20,000 nt of DNA from an uncultured virus (IMG/VR IMGVR_UViG_3300031760_000053) (IMGVR_UViG_3300031760_000053), one strand, 5' to 3'. Shown: positions 1 to 10,412, numbered from the stretch's first letter. Notes: generated by a model from the sequence alone, not told the origin. Program-made: numbers and translations.

Positions 1-1
1 A

Positions 2-2299
2 GAAGCCTATGCTACGGTAGTAGAATTGTTACCAGATTTGTTAAAAGGTCTAGGAGCGGATAAGCTACAAACAAACATATCATCTATGTATACAAAACAT
101 AATGTAGACATAGAAGCTAGTCATAAGTATGGCACAAAGATGGAATACTTTATGTATCCTTGTTGGAATTGTGCAGGAAATACTTATGTAGATGAAATTG
201 TTGACGTAGGAATCAAGAACAAATCTTGGTATCTTGATATGAGTACACACACTGAAATTGCCGAAAATGAAGATACTGTAGCTCCAGATTTTGTTACGAA
301 CAAACCTAACGAAGATATGATAGAAGACTTGAAGGGAAATGTTTCTTATTTTATAGCAAACATAAAAGGGTCTTCTACAGAGAAACCTCTTCCTGTTGGA
401 ATGGCTAGTGTAGAAGGAGTAGGAACATTCTTGCCTACAACTTTATATAAAAACGAGAATATAGGCGAGAGTGAACCTGTATTTACAACACCGCCGTTCC
501 AAGATTATATCATCGATGAGAGTTGGAGTTTAAGTCGAACTGCGAGTGTAGGAATGACAACTTGGGTAAGTTGCAAAGATACAAAGCTCATAGACGGAGA
601 GCCAAGCAATTTTGCTATCTCAGATGATTTCTGCGGTGTAGCATCTCCTTATGCTGCGATAGAGGTTCGTAGAGGTATTGAGATGAAATATCTCAGACCA
701 TTTGCTATAACTCCAAAAGTTTTGTCATTGAATTGTACAGGATACAACTGCTTGTTCGATGAGAAAATGTATCACGCTTTTGATGGATATGGATACAGAA
801 TTGTAAGCTGGAGAGGTGAGAGCGGTCTTGCAAAGGGAAATAGAGCTTTCCAATACAGTTTCTTAATGAACGACAGATTCAAAAGAAGTAACAAGATGCC
901 TGTAAATTTATTCTTTGGCAACTTCAAGTCTGACCCTGTATTAGCTTTGCCAGGTACTGCAGAGGATAAAGTATTTTCTCTTGTAACGATGCCAGAAGAG
1001 AATAAAGGAATGACAGCAGGAACTATTGGAGAGGATAAAGATGCAAGACGATATAGTATTCCTGTGTTTACAGAATATGTAAGTACAATGCCAGCAGTTG
1101 TAAAGACTATAAGCAGCTACAATCTATCTGTTGTAGATGGTATAACGACATTAACATCAGAGAACCACGATTTGCAAAGTGCTTACAAAGCACCTACAAG
1201 TGTAGACTTCTCTATTGGAGAAGATAAATACAGATACACTCAAGAGTATATTTGTTCATTGCAAAACAGTCAGGAAACAAAAGGTGTTACTATAGTAGAG
1301 CATTTATGCCCTTGTATTGGCTTGACGTATTTAGGAGCGACACCTACAGAAGCGTTGTTTTATTCAAGAGATAACAGGCAGTACTATAGTTACTCAGGTG
1401 GAAAGAACATAAGGCTTGTAAGTATGCTAGAAAGATTTAGGAATATAATTTCTGGTCGATATGATTTTATCAATCAGGAAATCATAGTACCTGCTTTAGC
1501 AAACTTCAAACGGCTTGATGATAAAGTTGAAGATGATGCAGATGAAACAGACAATGTTTTTATTTTGCGAATGAATGGACAAGAGGTTCAGGGAGAAGTT
1601 ACACCGCCGCTTGATACTATTTACAAGACAAAAGAGATTGAAAACTTTCCTAGTTGGTTTAGAACTTTAAGTTTGCCAATGGGACTGACCTTCCAAGGAC
1701 CTAACAGATGTATTGTCAACAGGTTTATTGTAAACGAATATATGTTGCAAGACATAAGGAACAATTACGGAAAATGGAAAAGAGTTCCTAAAGAAGAATA
1801 TCACCCATTTAGAAAGTACAAGGCAAAGTTCGAGAGTGTAGAACACTTTATAGGAGAAGAGGTAAAGGTAGAAGGCTGGACGCATAATCCGTTCTTGCTT
1901 GTAACAGCTCCTCTTGGGGTTAACGAAGAACAAGATTGTTTGTTTGAATGGAACATAACTTTTGTATGGACAAAAGAAATGGATATGCTGTATAATGAAA
2001 ATGAGTATGCAGTTGTAAATCTTTTGGCTGAAACAATGACAGTAGGTGGCAAGGTTATTGCTAATAGACCTACTCATATATACCTTACGAAAGAATTGTT
2101 TACGAGAACAGGAAACTATGGATACTATTCTTTTAGGTATCAGAGTAATTGTGGAGCAGGTAACAGAGAGCGGTTGCATATCTGGTCAGACCAGTACATT
2201 GCTATAAACAATTTGACGTTGGAGTATAAATCTGTATCGCAAAGACATAATGATATTTTGACGCAGCAGGTTGATATTTCCGAACTAGTGGAGGTATAA
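2..2299 (+). CDS. Large virion tail protein, 5'-truncated (tail nozzle / tail tubular B / P22 gp10-like candidate)
   Basis: The frame is open from position 2, so the true start lies upstream of the window. The >757 aa are beta-rich and aromatic-rich. The gene lies directly before ejection-like proteins, as nozzle genes do in podoviruses. Function is inferred from context only. Confidence 0.5.
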   Translation, partial: EAYATVVELLPDLLKGLGADKLQTNISSMYTKHNVDIEASHKYGTKMEYFMYPCWNCAGNTYVDEIVDVGIKNKSWYLDMSTHTEIAENEDTVAPDFVTNKPNEDMIEDLKGNVSYFIANIKGSSTEKPLPVGMASVEGVGTFLPTTLYKNENIGESEPVFTTPPFQDYIIDESWSLSRTASVGMTTWVSCKDTKLIDGEPSNFAISDDFCGVASPYAAIEVRRGIEMKYLRPFAITPKVLSLNCTGYNCLFDEKMYHAFDGYGYRIVSWRGESGLAKGNRAFQYSFLMNDRFKRSNKMPVNLFFGNFKSDPVLALPGTAEDKVFSLVTMPEENKGMTAGTIGEDKDARRYSIPVFTEYVSTMPAVVKTISSYNLSVVDGITTLTSENHDLQSAYKAPTSVDFSIGEDKYRYTQEYICSLQNSQETKGVTIVEHLCPCIGLTYLGATPTEALFYSRDNRQYYSYSGGKNIRLVSMLERFRNIISGRYDFINQEIIVPALANFKRLDDKVEDDADETDNVFILRMNGQEVQGEVTPPLDTIYKTKEIENFPSWFRTLSLPMGLTFQGPNRCIVNRFIVNEYMLQDIRNNYGKWKRVPKEEYHPFRKYKAKFESVEHFIGEEVKVEGWTHNPFLLVTAPLGVNEEQDCLFEWNITFVWTKEMDMLYNENEYAVVNLLAETMTVGGKVIANRPTHIYLTKELFTRTGNYGYYSFRYQSNCGAGNRERLHIWSDQYIAINNLTLEYKSVSQRHNDILTQQVDISELVEV

Positions 2300-2303
2300 C
2301 AGA

Positions 2304-2585
2304 ATGAATTTGACAGACCTAATTGAAAAAGCAGCCGCTCTAGCTGGCAAAATTGGTAAAAAAGATTTGCAAGAAAAGTTGTTGCAACTAGCAAAGGAAG
2401 CAGAAACGTACCAAAAAGGTTTTGCAGAAGAGTGGAAAAAGTACGATGAATCGTCTGCTCCGAGCCCTAAAATGAATGGACAGGAAACAAGAAAAGCAAT
2501 ATCAAGTGTACTCAGAGAAGCCTTAGACCCAGCACAAAGGTCAGAGAGCTATGGTGCTGAAGATTATTTGGCAAAGAACAGATAA
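2304..2585 (+). CDS. Hypothetical helical protein (93 aa)
   Basis: GGAGG RBS at about 2290-2294; fills the gap in the operon. Confidence 0.75.
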   Translation: MNLTDLIEKAAALAGKIGKKDLQEKLLQLAKEAETYQKGFAEEWKKYDESSAPSPKMNGQETRKAISSVLREALDPAQRSESYGAEDYLAKNR

Positions 2586-2603
2586 ACAGGGAGATTGAAA
2601 TAA

Positions 2604-3371
2604 ATGGCGTTAACTGCAGAAGAACAGCAAGAGCTTGCAGCTTTGTTGGATAAGATGGATACTTATGAAAAAAAGAGTTTCTTTCAAAAACTAAAAGAAA
2701 CACGAGATGGTGACTTAATGGATATGCCCACAAGTGGTGACAAGAAAAGACTTGGAGAACTCAAGTCAAAGCTGAAAGAGCCGAGTGGAGAAACTCCGAA
2801 AGCCCCCACAGAAAGTCAATCAAAAGAAGAGCCACCGAAAGAAGAGTCGAAAGAAGAGTCAAAGGAATCTACAACAACGCCACCAAGCAATGTTGTAGGA
2901 AAAGGACAGACGGCGAGTGCAGGTGGTGCTGTTGTAGAGGGGGCAGCTCCTCAAACACCAACGTCAAACAAACCTGATGACAGGGTTTTCATACAAGGCA
3001 GTTCATATAAAGATGTAGCAAATGCTCAGCCAGGACAGTGGATACGCAATTCAAAGGGCGAGCGACAGCTTACACAGGGTGATATAAATTGGGCGAAACA
3101 GAAACTGGAAGAACAGTCTGCTCCCAAACAGACAAATCCAAGCAATCCTTCTGCAATTCAAAGCGGCACACAAGGCAAAACAGAAGGTGATAAACTAGAA
3201 GATGAGTATAATCTGTGGAAAAGAAAATATGGACCTGAAAAGGCTTTGAGATTGTTTCAACAAGGAGTAGCTCCTAAACTTGAAAACGATAACCAAGTTC
3301 AAAGATATATAGAAGCTAAGAAGAGCATATTAAGCGCAACACAAGACAATACAGTACCAGGACAGCGATGA
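2604..3371 (+). CDS. Putative internal virion protein with disordered E/K/P/T-rich linker (255 aa)
   Basis: GGGAG RBS; low-complexity segment EEPPKEESKEESKES; located in the ejection-protein-like cluster. Confidence 0.6.
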   Translation: MALTAEEQQELAALLDKMDTYEKKSFFQKLKETRDGDLMDMPTSGDKKRLGELKSKLKEPSGETPKAPTESQSKEEPPKEESKEESKESTTTPPSNVVGKGQTASAGGAVVEGAAPQTPTSNKPDDRVFIQGSSYKDVANAQPGQWIRNSKGERQLTQGDINWAKQKLEEQSAPKQTNPSNPSAIQSGTQGKTEGDKLEDEYNLWKRKYGPEKALRLFQQGVAPKLENDNQVQRYIEAKKSILSATQDNTVPGQR

Positions 3372-5122
3372 ACAACTCAGGACTTACGGAATACGAAAAC
3401 AAATACACCAGACCTGTAATGAACAATTCTGAACTTAAAGAATACGAAAGGCAGGCTGAGGAACTCGAAAAATATCACGATGCTAAGCAGCAGAAAAAAG
3501 ATGCTGATATGTACCAAAAGTATTCTCAAGAAAGAGATGCTGAATACGGTCAGCTAGAATCTGATAAAAAGACTGAACTGGGCATTGCGGATAGATTAGC
3601 TCACGACAGAGCTAAGAAGGATGCAGCTGCGGCAGGGAAAAGTGATGACTGGCTTTCTTATTATGATAAGTATAAAGAAGAAGAGTTTTCTCAGATAGAA
3701 AGCAAGTATGAAGACCTAAAGAGAATGGTTGATAACAGCCTTTCTCAAAAATGGGGTTCTTCAAAAATGGAGATGGTAAAACGGGAACAGCAGCGTCAAG
3801 ATGATAAGGCTGCAGAAAGAGCCAAGTCTGAGGAAATTGATACTGCTCATCGTCTTTCAACAGAAAAAGCGGCAAAAGAAAATGGAAAAGTTCCTGATAG
3901 CGGTACTAAAAGCAGTACTGATAGTTCTACTGAAAATGGTGGCGATAAGGGGAGTTCAAGTACTGACAGTGCTACTAGTACTGACGGTGCTAGTGGTAAT
4001 TCTTCAACGCCTTCTTCGACAACGACGACGAAAGAACAAAAGACTACCACAAGAACAGGAGCTGTAAACCCTGTTGTAAGTGGACTAAGGTCTTTTTGGG
4101 ATAGAAAATTTGGAAAGACAACAGACCCGATGGGGCGCAGTACAGGGCTAAGAGCGCAAGCAGATTTGCATAATGTTGAAGCTGGAGAGCATCGGGCGGC
4201 AGCTCAGAGAGAAAACCAGATTGCTAATCGTGACCCTAGACGAGAAGCAGGGCTTGATGGAGCTGCTGAATATCACGATAAGAACGCTCAGAAAGTAAAT
4301 AACAGGGGCAATGTTAGTGCTGGTGCAGCAGCTTTGGAACGAGAAGAAGGTTACGGAAATCCTGATACTCATAGAAACAGGGCTGACCAAGCAAGGCAGA
4401 AAGGTGTTGAGAACACTGAAAAAGCGTACGATGAGGACCAGGTAGCAATACAGGAACGTACATCAGGGGACGTTTATGATTACGTTGCAAGAGATATGCA
4501 GAGTAGTAATGATGAAACAAATGCTTTGTCACAGGGAAGTGGGGATAATACAACAAAGACTGAAACCAAAACAGAAACCAAAACTCCTGAACCAGAAAAA
4601 ACTGACCCTCCAAAACCAACCGTTTATCCAGAAGAAAAAACGGCTACATTGATTCCGCAATGGGCTTTGAATTATATAACATATTCTAAAGACCCAATGT
4701 CTAAACAAAATCCAGACGGAAAAGGAAAAGACCCTTTTATTGGAATGAACCAGTATAACAAAGGAAAAGAGTATGCAACAACTCAGTATCACGGTGATAA
4801 CACTTGGAATGATAAGGTAGCAAGTGAAGCGCAGCCGATTTCACCAGAAGATATTGAAGCGTATAACAAGAAACACGGAACAAGTTACAATCCGCAGAAC
4901 TACCCTGGCGAAGGAGAGATGCAAAACATCGTTGCAGAACTTAGACCTAATTGGTACAAGTGGTGGAAAGGTGTTAGCGGACGCTTTGATGATAACGGAC
5001 ATCAGAAAAATCTAGGAGATGTCGTAGATGGAAAAGTCGTAGGACGAGATGAGATTGACAACAAGCAAACGAATACATACACTGAGCCAATCGTAGACGC
5101 TATAACTGGTCCTAATAACTAA
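3368..5122 (+). CDS. Putative internal virion / DNA ejection protein (584 aa)
   Basis: ATGA overlap with the upstream gene. Hydrophilic and Cys-free, with charged helical and S/T-rich segments typical of podovirus ejection proteins. Confidence 0.6.
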   Translation: MNNSGLTEYENKYTRPVMNNSELKEYERQAEELEKYHDAKQQKKDADMYQKYSQERDAEYGQLESDKKTELGIADRLAHDRAKKDAAAAGKSDDWLSYYDKYKEEEFSQIESKYEDLKRMVDNSLSQKWGSSKMEMVKREQQRQDDKAAERAKSEEIDTAHRLSTEKAAKENGKVPDSGTKSSTDSSTENGGDKGSSSTDSATSTDGASGNSSTPSSTTTTKEQKTTTRTGAVNPVVSGLRSFWDRKFGKTTDPMGRSTGLRAQADLHNVEAGEHRAAAQRENQIANRDPRREAGLDGAAEYHDKNAQKVNNRGNVSAGAAALEREEGYGNPDTHRNRADQARQKGVENTEKAYDEDQVAIQERTSGDVYDYVARDMQSSNDETNALSQGSGDNTTKTETKTETKTPEPEKTDPPKPTVYPEEKTATLIPQWALNYITYSKDPMSKQNPDGKGKDPFIGMNQYNKGKEYATTQYHGDNTWNDKVASEAQPISPEDIEAYNKKHGTSYNPQNYPGEGEMQNIVAELRPNWYKWWKGVSGRFDDNGHQKNLGDVVDGKVVGRDEIDNKQTNTYTEPIVDAITGPNN

Positions 5123-5131
5123 GGAGTTTTT

Positions 5132-6169
5132 ATGGAAAACATAGACGAAGTGCTTGCTTATATTTACAAGGTATTAAATCTGCCTGATACAAAGAAAAAT
5201 CTTACTATAAAAAAAGCTGCTTTAGAAACTCTTGCTAAGTTAGCTAATGCTGAATCAACAGAAAGAAATAAAACTGCTAGTGTGCAAAGCAGTGCGTTGG
5301 ATAGACAGAGTAAGCAACAACTATCAGATAAGCAGCTTGAGATAGAGAATCTTAGAATGAAGACCGCTGCATCGAAAGCAGCAGCACAAGATGCTACCAA
5401 CAAAACAAGAGAAAAGCTAGAGCAGATGAAGATTGACGCAGCTAAGTCTAAGCAAGATTTTTCTGCTGGAAAAATACAAGATGACAGAGCGCACGAGATA
5501 GAGTTGGAAAACTTGAAAACGGATAGAGCGCAAAAGATAGCTGACTACAGAAAAGACTTAGCTGCGTATGAAAGAGAAACGGGGCAGATAAATAATCAAG
5601 CCCGAAAAGACCTTAAAGAGATGGAGCGACAGTATGAATTAGAGGATAGACAATATAGAGAGCAAAAAGAAAAAGAAGCGAAAGCTGAGCAAGCTGCTTT
5701 TGATAAGAAAGCAGAAGCAGTAGAGAAAGCAAACGCTCAAGAAAGACTAGGTTCTCTCAGGACGGGGACTGCTGTTAGTTTAATAGGCAACCTGTTAGGA
5801 AACATAGCAGAAGGATATGCACAAAGATTAACGGATAAAGCAAACGCTGCGGCAAAAAGAGATGAAGCGTATGCTGCAATATTAAATGCAATAAGTAGCA
5901 AAACGCCTGGTTGGTCACAAATACAAGAAACGTTACACGGGGCATCTCCAACAGCTCAGGCAGCTTCTGCTATGGCAGCGGTTCGACAGGGCGATGCTGA
6001 CATAAAGAGAGCCGATGCTGCTATTGAAGCGAACACTTACAATAAGATAGGGTCATCAATAAAAGACGCTGCAGACATTGCCAAGGCATATTCTATTATG
6101 AAGATGGGTGGAACAGGTTCTATGTTCCACGGATTAGGTTCGTTAATCAATGCAACAAGAGGAAGATAA
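5132..6169 (+). CDS. Putative DNA ejection (pilot-like) protein, coiled-coil (345 aa)
   Basis: AAGGAG RBS. A/K/E/Q-rich coiled coil plus Gly-rich apolar segments (TGTAVSLIGNLLGNIA; MGGTGSMFHGLGSLI). Confidence 0.6.
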   Translation: MENIDEVLAYIYKVLNLPDTKKNLTIKKAALETLAKLANAESTERNKTASVQSSALDRQSKQQLSDKQLEIENLRMKTAASKAAAQDATNKTREKLEQMKIDAAKSKQDFSAGKIQDDRAHEIELENLKTDRAQKIADYRKDLAAYERETGQINNQARKDLKEMERQYELEDRQYREQKEKEAKAEQAAFDKKAEAVEKANAQERLGSLRTGTAVSLIGNLLGNIAEGYAQRLTDKANAAAKRDEAYAAILNAISSKTPGWSQIQETLHGASPTAQAASAMAAVRQGDADIKRADAAIEANTYNKIGSSIKDAADIAKAYSIMKMGGTGSMFHGLGSLINATRGR

Positions 6170-6174
6170 AAAAA

Positions 6175-6582
6175 ATGGAAGGCGAAGATAGAAAAAATAG
6201 GCTTAGAGAGCTGGCAAACAAAGACAGTCTGTCACCAGATGAAATTGGAATGGCATACGACTTTGCTCAAGAAGATGGCTATCAAGACGAAGAGTTTGAA
6301 CAAGGGTTAGCAGATTTGTATGCTAAGTACATTCGCAATTATCTGTACACCTACAAGGACCAAGCAAAAGCTATTGACCCTAGCATAGACCCTAATGAAG
6401 AACACATAGGACCTATGGCGCAGGACATAGAAAAGGTTGCTCCTGATTGCGTAAAAGAAACGGAGAATGGGACAAAAGTTGTTGACGGAAACAGGCTTGC
6501 TTTGGTAAACTCAGGGGTGATAGCAGACCTTGCTAGACGCATTGATGATTTAGAAATAAGATTATTCGGAGGTAAAAACTGA
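6175..6582 (+). CDS. Stand-alone peptidase S74-like (intramolecular chaperone / ICA) domain protein lacking the SDxxxK cleavage motif (135 aa)
   Basis: Motif string YLYTYK...HIGPMAQDIEKVAPDCV...GTKVVD...VIADLARRIDDLE matches the S74 chaperone pattern (Y.YK...G..AQ.....P..V...VD... C-terminal coiled coil). There is no SD dipeptide anywhere in the protein. Confidence 0.8.
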   Translation: MEGEDRKNRLRELANKDSLSPDEIGMAYDFAQEDGYQDEEFEQGLADLYAKYIRNYLYTYKDQAKAIDPSIDPNEEHIGPMAQDIEKVAPDCVKETENGTKVVDGNRLALVNSGVIADLARRIDDLEIRLFGGKN

Positions 6583-7730
6583 TGGCAATGAAAGCTAGAG
6601 AAGTGGAAACAGCAGGTAACGCTAGAAACAATAATGCTTATGCAAGCAATGCTCCGAAAACTCAACAGAGAGCGCAACCACAGCAAAAACAGCAGCCACA
6701 ACAATCGTCGGAAGATGAGCTTAAACGTCAGTATTTGCAAGACCCCGACGGACAAGCTGAAATCATAGCAGGGCTTCAAGTACTAAAGAAAGTTGTTGAT
6801 GCTTATGATATGACATCAGGAGCTGTTGCTGCTAGGAATCAGGGGAAAAGTCTATTACAGCTAGGTTTTGATTTTATAAAGCAACAAGCTGCGGAGATAA
6901 AATCCTACTTTGACCCAACAGCATCAGGTACAGCAGCACAAAATGCAATAGCACCTAGTGTAGCAAACGCTGTAAGAAATCTTGGTTTGAATAACCCAAA
7001 GGAGAGAGTTTTCTTAAAGGAAAATGCGGAAAAGCTAAAGACGATTCGAGAACTTTTTTCCAAAGAACAATTAAAACCTTTTGCACAGAAAGCTGGGTTT
7101 TCTGCAGGGACAGAAGACCATTACTTAAAATTTTTGTACAGCGACCAATGGGATAATATGGTGTATGCATTGATTAAAGATGACTCCGTTTTGGACAAAG
7201 TCACGAGAGATGCACAAAAGATTGACACTAGTAATGCAGCTAAAGCGATGCAATGGGAAGATGGAACACCATTTGTTGCCAGCTCTGTAAGAGATACAGA
7301 CACTTTAAGAACTTTAGGCAAGTCTGGTAAAGAGCTTGGTAAGATGATGGCTAATGTGGGTGACACTGTTACAGACATTGGATACAAAATCAGAAGCCTA
7401 GTAGGTGAGGATAATCATCAGCCTATAGAAGGTATCAATCCTGAATGGCATATAAATCGCAATGGTGTTAAGGAACGCTATAATCCTGCAACAACAAATG
7501 AGTTGTCAAACCTAAGACGCATTTATGACCAGTGTCAAAACTCCTATAAAACTTTAATTGCATTGGCAAACAAAGTTGAAACGAATTCCAAAGAAGAGTA
7601 TGATATTATCAAAGGGTATGTAGATGCAAATCCAAAGTACGAATCGCCCCAAAACATAGAGCAGTTAAAGAATGTGCTACTAACTCATCCAGCTGGACTC
7701 ACATCTAGCTATGCTCAGCCACAACAGTAA
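6582..7730 (+). CDS. Hypothetical virion-associated protein (382 aa)
   Basis: TGATG overlap, GGAGG RBS; Q/N-rich N-terminus, helical remainder. Confidence 0.65.
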   Translation: MAMKAREVETAGNARNNNAYASNAPKTQQRAQPQQKQQPQQSSEDELKRQYLQDPDGQAEIIAGLQVLKKVVDAYDMTSGAVAARNQGKSLLQLGFDFIKQQAAEIKSYFDPTASGTAAQNAIAPSVANAVRNLGLNNPKERVFLKENAEKLKTIRELFSKEQLKPFAQKAGFSAGTEDHYLKFLYSDQWDNMVYALIKDDSVLDKVTRDAQKIDTSNAAKAMQWEDGTPFVASSVRDTDTLRTLGKSGKELGKMMANVGDTVTDIGYKIRSLVGEDNHQPIEGINPEWHINRNGVKERYNPATTNELSNLRRIYDQCQNSYKTLIALANKVETNSKEEYDIIKGYVDANPKYESPQNIEQLKNVLLTHPAGLTSSYAQPQQ

Positions 7731-7750
7731 AATATATAAGGAGTTAAATA

Positions 7751-8845
7751 ATGAGTCAGATACAATGGGCAGCAGGTACATCAAACGGTGGGAAAGTTTA
7801 CACAATGAAAGTGGTGTCGTCTAAAGCGTCGTCTAACACACCTCAAAATCCTGAAGCGAAAACAGGAACGCAAAAAACTGGCTCAGGGTCTATTTTGTCA
7901 ACACAGGTTGATGCACCTGTTGACCCTGCTAAGACATATCAAAAACAAATGGAAGAAGTCCAGCAGAGTGACACTTACAAAAAGAGCCCTGAAAGAGAGG
8001 ATGCTTATCAAGGAAAGACAGATGAATACTTAGACAAAAGAACTACGCCTGAGTATAAATCTAAACTAGACCCTCAGTGGAATCAAAACCTTGCTCAACA
8101 GGGACAGCTTACTGGTAGAGGATTTACGCACAATCTACAACTCTCAAGACTTGCGGATGCTTATAACAATCGAAGGCATTTGAAAGCGACTGATATTGGA
8201 CACAGAACTCTGCACTATGGTACTACAGGAACTGGTGCTGACAATGCAGGAAGCGAAAGATGGCAACCTATCGAAACGCAAGAGATGCGTCAGATGAGGG
8301 AAAATGAAGCTATCAATAAGCAGGTTCGTCAGAATGATGTAGAACGACAAAACAAAGTCCGAAACTATGCTTACGACTTAAACAACAAAATTGATAACCA
8401 GAATCTTGGGTATGTTGATTACGAGAGAAAAGGTACAACAGGTTTGTTGTTTGATATTGAGAGAGCAAGAATTGACTCTGAATATGCTGCACAACAGGCT
8501 CAGAAACTCCGACAACAAGAAGCTATCTTTGAGCAGAAACTCCGCTTGAAGTTCTCAGAAGCTGCACTAAAACTTATCTTGAGCTATGGTAGCTGTAAAG
8601 AAGTTGAGAATATGCTGTATCAGATATTAGGAGGAACATACGGATACGCAGCTAGTGCTATAGAGCAAGCCTTGTCAGAAAGTTATGATGAACGAGTAAG
8701 GGCTATATATAACGATGCAAGAGCGCAGGGGAAGCCTATAACTTGGGGTGATGCTTACGATTTTGAAAAACTTATCGAATTTAGAACAGGGGCAAGGGTC
8801 GCCGAAAGACAAGCTGATATAGCGCAGGACGCAGCCAGAAACTAA
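7751..8845 (+). CDS. Putative internal virion protein (364 aa)
   Basis: AAGGAG RBS; Q/R/N-rich hydrophilic sequence in the ejection-protein-like cluster. Confidence 0.55.
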   Translation: MSQIQWAAGTSNGGKVYTMKVVSSKASSNTPQNPEAKTGTQKTGSGSILSTQVDAPVDPAKTYQKQMEEVQQSDTYKKSPEREDAYQGKTDEYLDKRTTPEYKSKLDPQWNQNLAQQGQLTGRGFTHNLQLSRLADAYNNRRHLKATDIGHRTLHYGTTGTGADNAGSERWQPIETQEMRQMRENEAINKQVRQNDVERQNKVRNYAYDLNNKIDNQNLGYVDYERKGTTGLLFDIERARIDSEYAAQQAQKLRQQEAIFEQKLRLKFSEAALKLILSYGSCKEVENMLYQILGGTYGYAASAIEQALSESYDERVRAIYNDARAQGKPITWGDAYDFEKLIEFRTGARVAERQADIAQDAARN

Positions 8846-8856
8846 GGAGATAACTG

Positions 8857-10137
8857 ATGCTACAAATAGAAAATAAATCATTTGCCAGTGACGCTCTTGA
8901 AGATGCTATGCGACTAGCACAGGTAAAGGCGATGAACAGCTTTACCTTCTCAGATTGTTTGATGTATCTAAACTATGCTTGGAGAGATATATACGACCGA
9001 ATGGCTATGATAGATGATGGCTATTACGGGACAAACGTTCGTATTACAGAGAAGCTGACAAAACTTCCTCCATTTGTAAAAAACACAGTGCAGATATATG
9101 AGGCACAATCGCCTATAGATAGCAATCGTTTGCTCTATCGCAACAGTGGCACTATGGATATGACAGCTCCTAGGACGTATAAAATTAGTGGAACAGACTT
9201 GTACGTTCCTGACGCAGAAAGAAAGACTGTATGGCTGTACTATGTCCCGATGTGCAAGCAGATATTTTTCACGCATCACAATCGTGACCCAAAGATTCAC
9301 GATGAGTACCCTGTAAAGATGAACAGTATTTACAATCTTTGGAAGTTAAGACTTTCAAAGAAGGTTACTATCACAAACGAAGACGGGACGACTAGTGACA
9401 CATTTGTCGAGATACCTATTGACAACAGGTCTGAATTATTGGATAATGAAAGTATTGCTAAGATTGAGATGGTCCGTAGAACTGCTACAGGTGTTAACAA
9501 CCAAGATGTAGAAGATGTTACAGACCGTTTCACGATAGAAGCTGATGAAGCTGATGAAGGTGAACAATGGAAACTGACTTACATAAGTTGTGACTATCCG
9601 TACATCTTTGTTAGTTATAAGCATAATATAACAGGCGACCATAAGTCAGGTTTTTTCGACAGAGAGTGGAATTGGAATGACTATAATCCTTTCTCTTTTA
9701 TCGGACGAGATAGCAATGTGGAATATATTGCTACCAAGTGGAACGATAAAACAGGTATGGGTGTTGTTATTCGAGATTGGAACGATACCTACAACACCGT
9801 TGTTGACACGGATAGTACTCCGAGTACAGCATCCGTGGGCGGGGCTATTGAAACCCAAGTAGATGGTAGTGGCAAGAAAGTTGTTACTACTGCGAAATTA
9901 AAAGAATTGGGATGGACACCAGATACATTGCTTGATTATCCTATACCAGAGATGTACAGGTATCTGGTTGCCCGTCTTGCCGACAAGTTTTCTGCCCTAA
10001 ATGAGAGCAACATTATGGGTGTACAAAAAGAACTAGTAGAAGCAAGGTTTGCTTTTGAGTCGTTCCTTGACAGGGATAAGAGTGCTTTCAAACGAATGGT
10101 GAATGTAAATCCACCTACTGTGGATGATTGGTTGTAA
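8857..10137 (+). CDS. Putative head-tail adaptor (tail tubular A / gatekeeper-like) with large central insertion (426 aa)
   Basis: AAGGAG RBS. The N-terminal helices (DAMRLAQ...DCLMYLNYAWRDIYD...LPP) and C-terminal LDYPIPEMYRYLVARLADKF resemble the adaptor architecture seen in podoviruses. Confidence 0.55.
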   Translation: MLQIENKSFASDALEDAMRLAQVKAMNSFTFSDCLMYLNYAWRDIYDRMAMIDDGYYGTNVRITEKLTKLPPFVKNTVQIYEAQSPIDSNRLLYRNSGTMDMTAPRTYKISGTDLYVPDAERKTVWLYYVPMCKQIFFTHHNRDPKIHDEYPVKMNSIYNLWKLRLSKKVTITNEDGTTSDTFVEIPIDNRSELLDNESIAKIEMVRRTATGVNNQDVEDVTDRFTIEADEADEGEQWKLTYISCDYPYIFVSYKHNITGDHKSGFFDREWNWNDYNPFSFIGRDSNVEYIATKWNDKTGMGVVIRDWNDTYNTVVDTDSTPSTASVGGAIETQVDGSGKKVVTTAKLKELGWTPDTLLDYPIPEMYRYLVARLADKFSALNESNIMGVQKELVEARFAFESFLDRDKSAFKRMVNVNPPTVDDWL

Positions 10138-10412
10138 TGATGGACAGAGAGATGAATACAGCTCTGCGGCTAAAACTCAAACAGAATTTTTTGCCGCAGA
10201 ACTTTAACAATGACAACATTCGCAGACGAGCGGTGATTCTTTTGATGAACACTGCTAGAGATAGAGATTTTAATAATCGTCAGCAAAGAAGTGAACAAGA
10301 ATACAGGCGACTAGCAGAGGAAGCTATAAGAAATTTCTGTGCTACTTGCAGAGAAGAAGAAGGTTTGGGAAACAGATTTGGAAGTAATAACAGTCTTTAC
10401 AAACAAAGATAG
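10137..10412 (+). CDS. Hypothetical R/N-rich protein (about 91 aa)
   Basis: TAATG overlap gives an ATG at 10137, preferred over the TTG at 10128. Confidence 0.6.
   Translation: MMDREMNTALRLKLKQNFLPQNFNNDNIRRRAVILLMNTARDRDFNNRQQRSEQEYRRLAEEAIRNFCATCREEEGLGNRFGSNNSLYKQR

Noticed and set aside
7960..7990. SDTYKK in the 364-aa protein as another S74 cleavage tag
   Set aside because: It matches only the minimal S-D-x-x-x-K pattern, which is expected by chance in K-rich proteins, and lacks the KN[IV] context.
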